The translations under genes were made by a program, and so were the position numbers. A stretch of 64,000 nucleotides of DNA from Camelus ferus (Eukaryota), in NCBI RefSeq assembly GCF_009834535.1, contig NC_045697.1, forward strand, positions 66,962,001 to 67,026,000, given 5' to 3'. Within the stretch, counting starts at the first letter, position 1. Every line of letters starts with the position of its first letter. The notes beneath the pieces were generated by a model. It searched no databases. It saw only the letters and a list, made by a program, of their open reading frames with translations, and had not been told where the DNA came from. Shown one piece after another: positions 1-13,290 of the stretch.

Positions 1-99
1 CACAGAAATCTAGGTGATTACAGTAAACCTGAGCCTACAATATAGCTTCCCAAGACCTTTAAATTTCAATAAACAAATAGTTGGCATCTTGTTCTTTCA

Positions 100-1152
100 A
101 CTCCATTCCACAAACACTGAGTACCAACTATGTGCTAGGCACTGTGTCAAGTGCTGGATGGGGACAAAGGGGAATTTCAGGTAAGGGCTTGCTTGTGGCA
201 CCCTCTGGATAAGAATGCAACAGGGAAGAACAAATCTGACTCTGCATTAGACATGCTGCTTTAGCTCTAACCCTGTGCTGTTTCCTGTGCTTAGTCATAC
301 TGGTTCTGTATCTTATGTAAAAGAGTGCTGCCTGTAGCCTGAAATACACAGCACAGCCCATTCTCAAGATTCTGACCTTTAAGGGTATAACACTTTCCCA
401 TTCATATAAAGATAAAAGCTTTGCAGAATAGAAAATAACATCTGTCTTGCTGGAGGTTTACAGGGACACCATGACCTGATCTATATGGACAGCTCCAAGA
501 ACAAAGGATTCTGACACCAAGAAGTTTGCAAAAACCAATCACAGCCCCTCCCCTTTTTGGTATAAAAGGAGCCTGAATTCTGACTTGGATAAGATGGTTC
601 CCTAGGACATTAGTCCCCATCTTCTTGGTCTGCTGGCTTTTTGAATAAAGTTGTTATTCCTTGCCGTAACACCTTGTTTTCCAATTTATTGGCCTGTCGT
701 GTGGTGAGCAGAATTTGGACTTGGTAATAAGAGACAAACCTATAAACAAATTACAATGTGACAGAAACAATAGATACATGTTCAAGGATGGAGGTAAATT
801 GGGGTTCAAATTACGTGGGGAGAGGACATTTGATGGGGGAATATCTGAACTAGTTTCTTAAGAATGGAATTAAGCTTGTTGAGAAAGCAAAAAAGTAAAG
901 TGACGGATGAAGAGTACACTTCAGGAAGAGGAAACAGCCAGTGCTTCACATAGGCTTGAAGCCTCCTGGGGAGTCTGAGCACTGGATAGTGGTCTTACCT
1001 GCAGTCACGGGGAGCAGAGCAAGGATGAAGAAGCTGCTTTCAGGAAATCACTGAGGGACTCCAGTACTGCTCTAACACATCTGACCTTTACTTACAGCTG
1101 CTGTGATCCAATGAAGGGTTTAAAAAGGACAGGCATGATGACACTTTGCTTT
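100..1152 (-). mobile_element. L2 3' fragment, interrupted by the LTR at 216-729 and continued after the L1 at 8040-8350
   Basis: cattccacaaacactgagtaccaactatgtgctaggcactgtg is an L2 3' end in reverse. ggagcagtgtgga...ggctattgtcataatcctgg resumes it after the L1 TSD. Confidence 0.65.
216..729 (+). mobile_element. Solo ERV1-type LTR inserted in an L2
   Basis: Begins tgcaacagggaagaacaaatctgactc; has tataaaa (~561) and aataaa (~644); ends ttggtaata (decayed CA). Confidence 0.75.
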
Positions 1153-2622
1153 AAGAAGGACTGTTTTGGGGTTAAGCTAAGATGGTGGAGTAGAGAGACT
1201 CACAGCTCGCCCTCTCCCACAAATACACCAAGAATTACAACTACAAACCCACTGAATTGCACAGAACACCTACAGAACTTTGGCAGAGTGTCTCTTGTTT
1301 CAAAATACAAGAGGATTGTCACAAAATCCGGTAAGAAATGAAAAAGGAAAAATCGATGCAGGACCAGTACTGCAGGGAGGGAGTGGCATGAGAAGAAAGG
1401 TACCCTCATGCTGGGACGCCCCCTTCTCCAGCCAGGAGGTCAGCAGGGACAGAAGCAGAGCTTCTGATGCTTGGGGGAGAAACTGGCAAAATGCTTGGCA
1501 GACAGAACTCAGGGAAACTTACCTGGAGGGTCCCTGTGATCCCCGGCCCGAGACACAAGCCAGCAGGGACAAGCCAGCTGGCTGCTAGAGATCGGTAAGG
1601 AGCCCAGGCAAAGGGCTGGGGCCCGCTGCACAAAGGCAGCCTCAGGGGACTGGAGGGCAGTGTGAGCTCTGGCTGGGGGTGTGTATGGAACAGAACAGCT
1701 GGGGTGGGGGGGTAGGGGCGCAACACACCATAGCCGCTTTCTCCACTTGGTGTGTTCTTGCATGAGAAGAGAGGTGGGGCTTGGTCATAGCCATCACTGC
1801 TGCATGGAGGCAGGGCTGAAAGCTGAATCCAGACCAAGAGGTCCTGCAACTTCACAGGCAGGACTGAGATTTGTTTATAGCCCCAGGCAGAGACGGCAGA
1901 TTTGCTCTCTCTGGACCCGTTGTAGACTCTCACCTCTGGGATGAGCAGGCAGTGAGCAGAGTTCTGGCACACCACAGATTCAGGTGTGTGACTGCATGCT
2001 TGCTATCCCGGTTCCCAGTGCCTGAATGCTGGATCTGCACTGGTGGTTCCTGAGGCTCAGAACCTGGGAGACACCAGACCAGGTGGCCAACATTCCCACA
2101 GATAAGGCGGGGACAAAGGCAGCGTCAATAAAGAGTACTTTGTAAGCCTGCAAAACAAGTGACAGACAACACCAGAGAGGGCACCTCCCAGTGCACATCT
2201 CCTGCCTACTCTTCTTCCCAGCTGAAGTGCTCCAACCCTGCCTGCTACACACCACAGCTCAGAAATGGGTCTAGACGTCTCTATTCCAGCAAAAAGTGAG
2301 CATACCAGGACCCTGCCAAGGATATGACAACTACAGAACAAAAAAGGAGGCCTGGCTCAACAACAACAATCAGGGCAAGTTCTGAAAACCACAACTCTAA
2401 CCACACCCCTAATCAGAGGGATAACAGCCAACACTCATGGAAGAAAGATATGGCAACTATCCATACTAAGAAGAGCCATAGCAACAAACTATTAGATGTA
2501 TACAGTCTACATAGGAATGCTCCCACTTTAAATAAAAAAAAACAGAAACTAAAACAGCCCTTCAAGACCACGGCAGATAACTGATACTCATAAATCCACA
2601 GAGCCAGAGAAATATAAGTAAA

Positions 2623-3507
2623 ATGAAGAGGCAGAGGAACTACTCCCAATTAAAAGAACAAGAAAAATCCTCTGAAAGAATGATCAATGAAATAGACTAA
2701 TAGTCTACTAGATCATGACTTCAAAAAGAGAATGATCAAGGCACTGAAGGAACTAAAAGAGACTATCAATAAAGACAGAGAATACTTTAAAAAGGAAATT
2801 GAAACTATAAAGAGTCAATTAAAAACAGAAAACTCAATTGCTGAGATAAGAGCCGAGCTAAAGTCAGTCAAAAGCAGACTAGATATTGCAGAGGAATGAA
2901 TAAGTGACTTAGAAGACAGGGTAACAGAAGTCACCCAATCAGAACAGCAGAAAGAAAAGCAAATAAAAACCAATGAAAGCAGTATAAGGGAAATATGGGA
3001 TAATATAAAGCATGCAAACCTATGCATAACAGGGGTCTCAGAAGGAGAAGAAAGAGAAAAAGGGATTGAAAGAGTATTTGAAGAAATCATGACTGAAAAC
3101 TTCTCAAACCTAAAGAAGGAAACAGATATCCAAGTACAGGAGGCACAGAGGGTCTCAAAAAAGAAGAGCCCAAACAGACCTACACCAAGCCATATTATAA
3201 TTAAGATGGCCAAAGTGAAAGATAAAGAATGGATTCTAAAGGCAGTAAGAGAAAAACAAATAGTTACAAGGGAACTCCCATAAGACTTTCAGCTGATTTC
3301 TGTACATAAACACGGGTGGCCAGAAGGGAGTGGCAAGATGTATTCAAAGTCCTGAATGAGAAAAAGCTGCAACCTAGGATATTCTATCCGGCAAGACTAT
3401 CTTTTAGAGTAGAAGGAGAGATAAGGAATTTCACAGACAAGCAAAAATTAAGAGAATCTAGTAATACTAAACCTATGCTAAAAGAAATATTGAAAGGTCT
3501 ACTCTAA
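2623..3507 (+). pseudogene. L1 ORF1 remnant (stops and frameshifts)
   Basis: Fragments ENFSNLKKETDIQVQEAQRV...PTPSHIIIKM and ARREWQDVFKVLNEKKLQPRIFYPARLSF are L1 ORF1p RRM/CTD motifs. Confidence 0.9.
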
Positions 3508-3920
3508 ATAGAAAAGAAACAGGAAGCTATAGCAATGAGAAACCCGTAATTGGAAATGCAATAACTACAGTGAACTGCAAGAGAATAAACATGAAGATGT
3601 AAAAAATAAATTTAAAAAAGAATATCAAAATTATAAAAGGTGGGAGAGGGGAGGAAGAAATTATAGATTTTTTTCTCTCTCTTTTTTTCTTTGTTCTTTT
3701 TAGGATGTGTTTGAACCTACATGACTATCAGTCTAAAGCAAACAGATACAGTAACGAGTTAGTGTACTAGAAACACAGGGTAACCACAAATGAAAAGTAT
3801 ACAGTAGAATCACAAAAACCAAAAAGAAACCAAGCTAATAGAAAAGAAAATTATCAAACCACAATAAGAAAAAAAGGAAAAGGAAAAAAATACCAAATCA
3901 CCTGGAAAGCAAAGTTTAAA

Positions 3921-6900
3921 TTGGCAATAAACACACATCTATCAATAATCACTATAAATGTCAAAGGACTAAATGCTCCAATCAAAAGACAGAGTGGCAG
4001 ACTGGGTAATAAAACAAAAGCCTACAATATGCTGCCTACAAGAGACTCACTTTAGAGTAAAGGACACATATAGACTCAAAGTGAAAGGATGGAAAAAGAT
4101 ATTTCATGCAAATGGAAATGACAAGAAAATGGGAGTAGCAATACTCATATCAGACAAAACAGACTTTAAAACAAAGGCCATAGAGAGAGATAAAGGACAC
4201 TATATAATGATCAAAGGAGAAATACAAGCTGAAGATATTATACTTGTAAACATATATGCACCCAATATAGAAGTACCTCAAAATATAGAACAAATAGTAA
4301 CAGACATAAAGTGGGAAATTCATGGGAATACAATACTAGGAGACCTTAGCACCTGACAAACATCATTGGACAGATCTTCCAGACAGAAAATCAGTAAGGC
4401 AATGGAGATACTAAATGATACAATAGAACAGTTGGACTTGGTTGATATTTTTAGGACACTGCATCCCCAAAAAACCAGAATATACATTCTTTTCAAGTGC
4501 TAATGGAACATTCTCTAGGATAGATCACATACTTGGGCACAAAAGAAGCCTAAATAAATTTAAGAGGACAGAAATTATTTCAAGCTTCTTCTCTGACCAC
4601 AATGGCATGAAATCAATCACAGAAAAACAAATGAGAAAAAAATGACAGCACAGAGACTAAACAACATGTTACTAAAAAACCAATGGGTCAAAGATGAAAT
4701 CAAAGAAACTAAAAAACGAGACAAATGACAATGAAAACAGCAACCACACAAAATCTATGGAACACAGCAAAAGCAGTCCTAACAGGGAAGTTCATAGTGA
4801 TACAGGCCTTCCTCAAAAAAAGAACAATCTCAAATAAACAACCTAACTTACCACCTAAAAGAATTAGGAAAAGAACAAACAAAACCTAAAGTCAGCAGAA
4901 GGAAAGAAAGAATAAAGATCAGGGAGGAAATAAAATGGAGATTAAAAAATTAGAAAAAAAAATCAAACTAAGAGCTGGTTTTTTTTGAAAGGGTAAACAA
5001 AATTGACTAACCTCTGGCCAGGCTCACTAAGAAGAAAAGAGAGCACACAAATAAATAAAATAAGAAATAAAAATGGAGAGATTGCAGCCAACACCAAGAA
5101 ATACAAAAAAATTATAGGAGAATACTATGAACAACTATATGACAATACATTGGACAACTTAGAAGAAATGGACAAGTTTCTAGAAACATACAGGCCACCA
5201 AAACTGAATCGAGAAGAAACAGATCATCTGAACAGACCAATCACTATAAGTGAAATAGAATCAGCAATAAACACTCTCCCTGCAAACAGAAGTCCAGGAC
5301 CAGATGGGTTCACTGGGGAATTCTATCAAACATACAAAGAAGAGCTCATACCAATCCTTCTCAAACTCTTCCAAAGAGGAGGTAACACTCCCAAACTCAT
5401 TCTATGCAGCCACCATCACCCTGAAACCAAAGCCAGACAAAGACACTACCAAAAAAGAAAGCTACAGGCCAATATTACTGATGAACATATATGCAAAAAT
5501 CCTCAACAAAATATTAGCAAACAGAATGCAATAACACATAAAAAAGATCATACATCATTATCAAGTTGGGTTCATTCCAGGGACATAAGGATGGTTCAAC
5601 ATATGCAAATCAACGTGATACATCACATCAACAAGAGAAAGAATAAAAATCATACGATCATCTCAACAGATACAGAAAAAGCATTCAATAAAATCTGACA
5701 CTCATTTATGATAAAAACTCTTACCAAAGTGGGTAAAGAGGGAACATATCTCAACATAATAAAAGCTATTTATGACAAACCTACAGCCAGCATAATACTC
5801 AATGGCGAAAAGCTGAAAGCTTTCCCCCTAAAATCTGGAACAAGACAAGGCTGCCCACTATCACCATTTCTATTCAATATACTACTGGTAGTCCTAGCCA
5901 TAGCAATTAGACAAGAGAAAGAAGTAAAAGGGATCCAAATTGGAAAAGAGGTAAAATTGTCATTATATGCAGATAACATGATACTATGTATAGAAAACCC
6001 TAAAGGCTCCACACAAAAACACCTAGAACTAATAAAGAAATTAGCAAGGTAGCAAGGTACAAGATTAACATACAGAAATCAGTGGCATTTCTTTACACTA
6101 ATACTGAAATATCAGAAAAGGAACGTAAAGAAACAATCCCTTTTAACATTGCATCCAAAAAAATAAAATACTTAGGAATAAATCTGACTAAGGAAGTGAA
6201 AGACTTACATGTGAAGAACTACAAAACACTGACTAAAGAAATTAAAGATGACTTAAAGAAAGGGAAAGGTATCCCATGTTCTTGGACTGGAAGAATTAAT
6301 ATGCTTAAAATGGCCATACTACCCAAAGCAATCTACAGATTTAATGTGATCCCTATCAAATTACCAAGGACATTTTTCACAGCATTGGAACAAATAATCC
6401 TTAAATTTATATGGAATTACAAAAGACCTAGAATTGCCAGAGCATACTGAAGAAAAAGAATGAAGCTGGAGGAGTAACCCTCCCAGACTTCCAACAAAAC
6501 TACACAGCTACAGTAACCAAAACAGCATGGTGCTGGTACAAAAACAGACATATGGATCAATGGAACAGAATAGAGAGCCCAGAAATAAATCCACAAACTT
6601 TTGGTCAATTAATCTTTGACAAAGAAAGCAAGAAATTACAATGGAGTAAAGACAGTCTCTTCAGCAAACAGTGTTGGGAAAACTGGACAGCTGCATTTAA
6701 ATCAATGAAGTTAGAATACTCCCTCACATCATACACAAAAAGAAACTCAAAATGGCTTAAAGACTTAAACATAAGACAAGACACAATAAACCTCTTAGAA
6801 GAAAACATAGGCAAAACATTATCTGACATAAATCTTAGCAATGTTCTCCTAGAGCAGTCTACCCAAAGAATAGAAATAAAAGCAGGAATAAACAAATAGG

Positions 6901-7687
6901 ACCTAATTTAAACTTACAAGCTTTTGCACAGCAAAGGAAACCATAAGCAAAACAAAACCACCACCTACAGAACGGGAAAAAATATTTGCAAAAGATGAGA
7001 CTGACAAAAGCTTAATTTCCAGAATTTATAAACAGCTAACTTAATAAGAAAAAAACAAACAATCCAATCCAAAAATGGGCAGAAGACCTAAAAAAGCAAT
7101 CCTCCAATGAAGACATATGAATAGACAATAGGCACATGAAAGAATGCTCAATATCACTAATTGTCAGAGAAATGAAAATCAAAACTACAATGAGGTATCA
7201 CCTCACACCAGTCAGAATGGCCATCATTCAGAAGTCCACAAATGATAAATGGTGGAGAGGCTGTGGAGAAAAGGGAACCCTCCCATGCTGTTGGTGGGAA
7301 TGTAGTTTGATGTAGCCATTATGGAAAACAGTATGGAGATTCCTCAAAAAACTAAAAACAGACTTACCATGTGATCCAGCAATCCCACTCTTGGGCATAG
7401 ATCCAGAGGGAACCTTAATTCAAAAAGATATATACATGCACCTCAATGTTTATAGCAGCACTATTTACAATAGCCAAGACATGGAAACAACCTAAATGTC
7501 CACTGACAGATGACTGGATAAAGAAGCTGTGGTATATTTATACAGTGGAATATTACTTGGCCATAAAAATAATAAAATAATGCCATTTGCAGCAACATGG
7601 ATGGACCTGGAGAATGTCATTCTAAGTGAAGTAAACCAGAAAGAGAAAGAAAAACACCATATGCTATCACTTATATGTGGAATCTAA
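3921..7687 (+). pseudogene. L1 ORF2 remnant (endonuclease / reverse transcriptase), disrupted
   Basis: PTICCLQETH (EN), [40 protein letters not shown] (catalytic YADD degraded), IKYLGINL. The start ATG is mutated to TTG and there are many frameshifts. Confidence 0.93.
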
Positions 7688-8556
7688 AAAAAAAAAAAAA
7701 AAAAGACAAACTTATTTACAAAACAGAAACAGACTCACAGACATAGAAAACAAACATGGTTACAGTGGGGGAAGAGGGTGGGAGGGATAAATTGGGAGTT
7801 TGAGACTTGTAGATACTAATATATATAAAATAGATAAACAAGTTTATACTGTATAGCACAGGGAACTATATTCAACATCTTATAGTAACTTATGGTGAAA
7901 AAGAATATAAAAATGAATATATGTATGTTCCTATATGACTCAAGCATTGTGCTGTACACCAGAAATTGACACATCATAAACTGACTATACCTCAATAAAA
8001 ATATTTTAAAAAATTTTTAAAAAGAACGACTATTTTGGGAGCAGTGTGGATTATTAGGGAGGCACAAAAGAAGCTGGAAACCAGTTTATAAGGCTATTGT
8101 CATAATCCTGGTGAAAGATCATGAAGAGTGAATTAAGGAAGTACCAAGTGGACTAGGGAGAAAAGAATGGAAAGCAATTTGAAAGGGTGAGGGATAGGGC
8201 AGAAGAGTTGATTATATGTGGAAAGGAAGGTGCAAGACAAAACTATTCCCAGTTTCTGGCTTGAGGAACTGTGTGTGGATCAGGGATAAAGGAGGCAGAA
8301 AATATTTAAGGGCTAGAAGGTTAATGATGAGCTGATTTGGCTGATCTTACAAGGAATCCAGTTAGCACAGCATGATTCTCTGCAACAGCTAAATTGCTCA
8401 AAAATCTCCAGTTATTTCCATGAACAGATTTTTTTTTCTCTTAAGTTTAGAAATACAAAAATAACAAGTAAAACCCTCATTACTAACACTTCTCTTAGAT
8501 AACAGCACAAAGAACTGAACACAGATACTGATAAAAATGATAAAACATTTATTCCC

Positions 8557-9133
8557 CAAAAGACACCTGCACACCAATGTTCATAGTAGCACTATTTACA
8601 ATAGCCAAGACATGGAAACAACCTAAATGTCCATCGACAGATGACTGGAAAAAGAAGTTGTTGTATATTTATACAATGGAATACTACTCAGTCATAAAAA
8701 TGATAAAATGCCATTTGCAGCAACATGGATGGCCCTGGAGAATGTCATTCTAAGTGAAGGAAGCCAGAAAGAGAAAGAAAAATACCATATGATATCACTT
8801 ATATGTAGAATCTTAAAAAAAGACAAATGAACTTATATATAAAACAGAATACACACACAAAATACAGACGTGGTTGTCAGGGGGGAGCAGGTGGGAAGGG
8901 ATAAACTGGGAGTTCGAGATTTGCAGATACTGACTGGTATATATAAAACAGATAAACAAGTTTATATTGTATAGCACAGGGAAATATTCAGTATCTTGTA
9001 GTACCTCATTATCAAAAAGAATGTGAAAATGAATATATCTATATTCATGTATGACTGAAGAATTGTGTCTGGTGTACAGCAGAAATTGACACAACACTGT
9101 AAACTGACTAACTCAATAAAACAAACAAAAAGC
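8557..9133 (+). mobile_element. 5'-truncated L1 (ORF2 end plus 3'UTR), same family type as 1171-8021
   Basis: Similar to ~7425-8000. Exact TSD acatttattccc at 8545-8556 and 9134-9145. Confidence 0.92.
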
Positions 9134-10004
9134 ACATTTATTCCCATTTTGTGTAATTAAAAGCTTATGAGAGGATGTACAGAAGGGAAAATAATGTGTA
9201 AGAATAATTCTGTTTGTTATGTAAATGGTTGTCTGAATCAGCAAGATAAATCAATATAAAAGTCTTATAATTACATCCTTTTATTAAAAAATATATCCTT
9301 TTCATGCATTATCTCCAGAACTCCACACTACCAAATATATTGACACTCTTCCATTTGAAGTAACTTCACAGTGAGTCTCCTTATGTAAACTGTATGTAAA
9401 ATACCAAGAAAAAAATACAGTATTTTTTGTGATGCTAGAAATTAACTGTATTGAGTAGTAAGTATTTAATTATATTTTCTAAGTGCTATTTATTTGTAAG
9501 CTAATCTTAATCAGGAGTTAGTACTTTGGTCTGGCCTCTGAATTCTGTTCATATTTTGTTCATTTCAATGCTTGTTGATTTCACCGAGACTTGGCTTCCT
9601 CCCACCCTTCCGATTTAGCAAACCATTTGATTTATACAAGAGAGAAGCCTTTCCAAGTTAGAAGTTATTTTTAGCTACATATAAAACATCCAAGAAGAGA
9701 GAAAAATAGGTTGAAGTTCAGAAAACAATAAAAGGCTTCACCCATAAACCATAACTTGTCAGTGCTGCAGTGAGGAAAAGCACTGTTTCTGTCCTTGTGG
9801 CTCAGTAACTGCTGTCTTCAATAATTCGGGGCATATATGAAGTAATTTACTCAAGTGTTTATCAAGACATGGGGTTTTATTAATGGATAATAAAAACACT
9901 TATGAGGCAATGTTAGGATATCCTATTTGCATATTTGGTTGCTGTTTCGTGTTGATTAATCCCATTGTGTGCGATTGAGAATCTTACTTTATGAAGTAAT
10001 TCCT

Positions 10005-10225
10005 ACAGTGCTAGATAAGAGGGCTGTTCTCAGGCCAGACTGCCTGGATTCAAAACCCATTTCTGTGCCTCTCTTGGGTAAGTTTCTTATCTTCTGTGTG
10101 CCCCAGGGTCCTCATTTATAACATGAGGATAATTGTGGAACTGATTCCATAACATTTTTGAGGATTAAATGAGTTAATACACAAATTACTTAGTGTTTGG
10201 CATACAGCAAATATTCTTAATTTAG
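10005..10225 (+). mobile_element. MIR (further MIRs at approximately 14740-14960, 16960-17180, 21320-21520, 30205-30425, 40840-41010, 43640-43820, 44830-45060, 56240-56440)
   Basis: ccagactgcctggattcaaa...ctcatttataacatgaggataat...gaggattaaatgagttaatac, the MIR core. Confidence 0.8.
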
Positions 10226-10337
10226 TATTAATATTAGATTAAGGGTATTTTAAAGGAGATGGGATAAAATCCAAAACAACTCTAAAAAAAAACAAACATA
10301 AAAGTGGTGTTAATCTAAAAACAAAAAGGAAACAAAA

Positions 10338-13290
10338 AGAGATCAAAACGGCAGAGTACGAGCATGTGGAGCTCACCTCCCCTAATAAGCACATCAAAAA
10401 TATATCTACATGTGGAGCAATTCTCACTGGAAACAAACTTAAGACCGGCAGAAAGACTCCTCTACTGCCAAGGTAATAAGAAAGATCTTGAATTGAGTAG
10501 GAAGGGAACAGAAGCGATCAGGTTGGGACCTGGGCCCCTGGGAAGGGACACAGAGGAGAAGAGAGATTACATGGGAGATCCACTCTGGGAGTGAGTGGTT
10601 CAAGCCACATACTGGCTGCCCCAACCATGGGGTAGGACAGTTGGAAGATGACTCCCCTTAGCTGGTTCGAAAACAACTGGGACAAACAGAAGGGCTAGTG
10701 AAGAGTGTGCACATGCTTTCCTATTCCTAGGAACAAGGCAGAGTATGTGTACTGAAACTGCATGGGCCTTGGCCAGTTTCCTGCGACTGACCCGGCACAT
10801 GCTGGTCTGAGCTGAGCACCTGCTCCAATCCCTCTTGCTCCTCGGCACAGCTCCGCACTAGGCGGAGGGTTGCAGTGGCTGAGGGGAGTGCACAGTTATG
10901 AGTGATAAAGCTAGCTTGGACCCAGAGCACATCTGAATGGGGTGAGGGCAGCCACTGCACTGCTGGTGCTTGCAGAGGCAGCGCATGGGGAGCCGTCCTG
11001 GACTCTGACTGGAGCTGGGACCACCACAACCCATGCCCCAACACGTGCAAAGCTGGTATACAGGGGTCATATCTCAACATAATAAAGACCATTTATGACA
11101 AACCCACAACTAACATCATGCTCAACAGTGGAAAGCTAAAAGCTTTTCCTTTAAAATCAGGAACAAGATAAAGATGCCCACTCATGCCATTTCTATTTAA
11201 TATAGTATTGCAAGTCCTAGCTAGCCACAGGAATCAGACAAGAAAAATAAAAGGCATTAAAATTGGAAGGAAAGAAGTAAAACTGACACTATGTGCAGAT
11301 GATGTGATACTATATAAAGAAAATCCTAAAGTCTCCACCAGAAAACTATTAGAACTAATAAATGAACTCAGTAAAATTACAGGATGCAAGATAATACACA
11401 GAAACCTGTTGCTTTTGTATACGCTAAAAATGAACTATCAGAAAGAGAAAGCAAGAAAACAATCCTGCTTAAAATCACATCAAAAAGAGTAAAATACATA
11501 GAAATAAATTTAACCAAGGAGATGAAAGACCTGTACTCTGAAAACTATAAGACACTGATGAAGGAAACTGAAGATGATACAAATAAATGGAAAGATACCC
11601 CATTTTCACGGATGGAAGAGTTAATATTGTTAAAAATGTCCATACTACCCAAAGCAATCTACAGATTCATTGCAATACTAATCAAAACACCCAACACATT
11701 TTTTCACAGAAAAAAATAATCCTGATTTTTTTATGGAACCACAAAAGATCCTGAATAGCCAAAGCAATCTTAAGAAAAAAGAACAAAGCTGGAGGTAGCA
11801 TGCTCCCTGACTTCAGACTACCCTACAAAGCCACAGTAATCAAAATAGTATGGGACTGGCACAAAAACAGACACATGGATAAATGGCACAGAATAAATAA
11901 CCCAGAAATAAACCCACACATCTATGGTCAATTAATCTATGACAAAGGTGACAAGAATATACAATGGAGCAAAGACAGTATCTTCAATAAGTGGTGCTGG
12001 GAAAAATGGAGAGCTATATGCAAAAGTATGAAATTGGAACATTTTCTTAGACTATATACAAAAATAAAATGGATTAAACACCAAAATGTAAGACTAGAAC
12101 CCATAAAATCCTAGATGAAAATACGCACAGAACACTCTGACATAAATCATAGCAGTATTTGTTTTGGATGTCTCCTAAGGCAAAAGAAACAAAAGTAAAA
12201 AACAAATGAGACCTAATTAAACCTAAAAGCTTCTGCACAGCGAAGAAAATCATTGACAAAACAAAAAGGTAAAACCCTGCTGAATGGGAGAAAATATTTG
12301 CAAATGTTATCACTGATAAGGGGTAAATAGCTAAAACAGCTCATATAACTCAAACTTAAACTCAAAAAAGAAAAAAACAAACCTGTATAAAAAATAGGGA
12401 GAACACTTGAACAGATGTTTTCCAAAGACATACAGATGGCCAATAGGCACATGAAAAGATGCTCAACATCATTAAATACAGAGAAATGCAAATCAAAACC
12501 ACAATGAGATACCACTCCACCCCTGTCAGAATGGCTAACATCAAAAAGTCTACAAATAACAAAAGTTGGCGAAGCTGTGGAAAAAAGGAATCCCATATTG
12601 ATGGGAATGTAAACTAGTGCAGACACTATGGAAAACGGTATGGAGTCTTCAAAAAAAAAACTAAAATTAGAACTGCCATATGACCCAGAAATTCCAGTCC
12701 TGAATAAATATTCAAAGAAAACAAAAACACTAATTTGAAAAGATACATGCACCCCAATGTTCATAGCAGCATTATTTACAATAGCCAAGATATAGAAGCA
12801 ACCTAAGTGTTCATCGACAGATAAATGGATAAAGACATGGTATACATATACAATGGAATATTACTCAGACATACAAAATAGTGAAATTCTGCTATTTGCT
12901 ACAACATGCGGCCTAGATGGTATTATGTTTAGCAAAATATGTCAGAGAAAGATACTGTATGTTATCACTTATATGTGGAATCTAAAAAATGAAACAAATG
13001 AATATAACAAAACAAAGATTCACATATATAGAGAAAAAAACTAGTGGTTATCAGTGGGGATAGGGAAGAAGGAGGGGCAAGATAGGCATAGGGGATTAAG
13101 AGGTACAAACTACTACGTTTAAAATAGATAAGCCACAAAGTTATGTTGTATAGCACAGGGAAACACAGCCATTATTTTATAACTTTAAATGGAATATAAT
13201 CTATAAAAATACTGAGTCATTGTGTTGTTCACCTGAAACTAATATTGTAAATGAACTGTATTTCAATGAAAAATTGAATAAAACAAAATA
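10338..13290 (+). mobile_element. Internally deleted L1 (5'UTR joined to mid-ORF2 RT)
   Basis: L1-type 5'UTR start (gtggagctcacctccc...tacatgtgga). Jumps at ~11048 to ORF2 ([33 protein letters not shown]). Runs through the 3'UTR. A-rich TSD-like flanks aaaaacaaaaaggaaa / aaaaacaaaggaaa. Confidence 0.88.

Larger units (their letters stand above)
1171..8021 (+). mobile_element. Full-length (~6.85 kb) decayed LINE-1, antisense to UNC5C
   Basis: GC-rich 5'UTR (aagatggtggag), ORF1 and ORF2 remnants, 3'UTR with aataaa and an A-rich tail. TSD aagaaggactgttttggg (1153-1170) / aagaacgactattttggg (8022-8039) at a tt|aaga endonuclease site. Confidence 0.95.

Noticed and set aside
2623..7687. Active L1
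   Set aside because: Many stops and frameshifts, a mutated ORF2 start and a degraded YADD motif.
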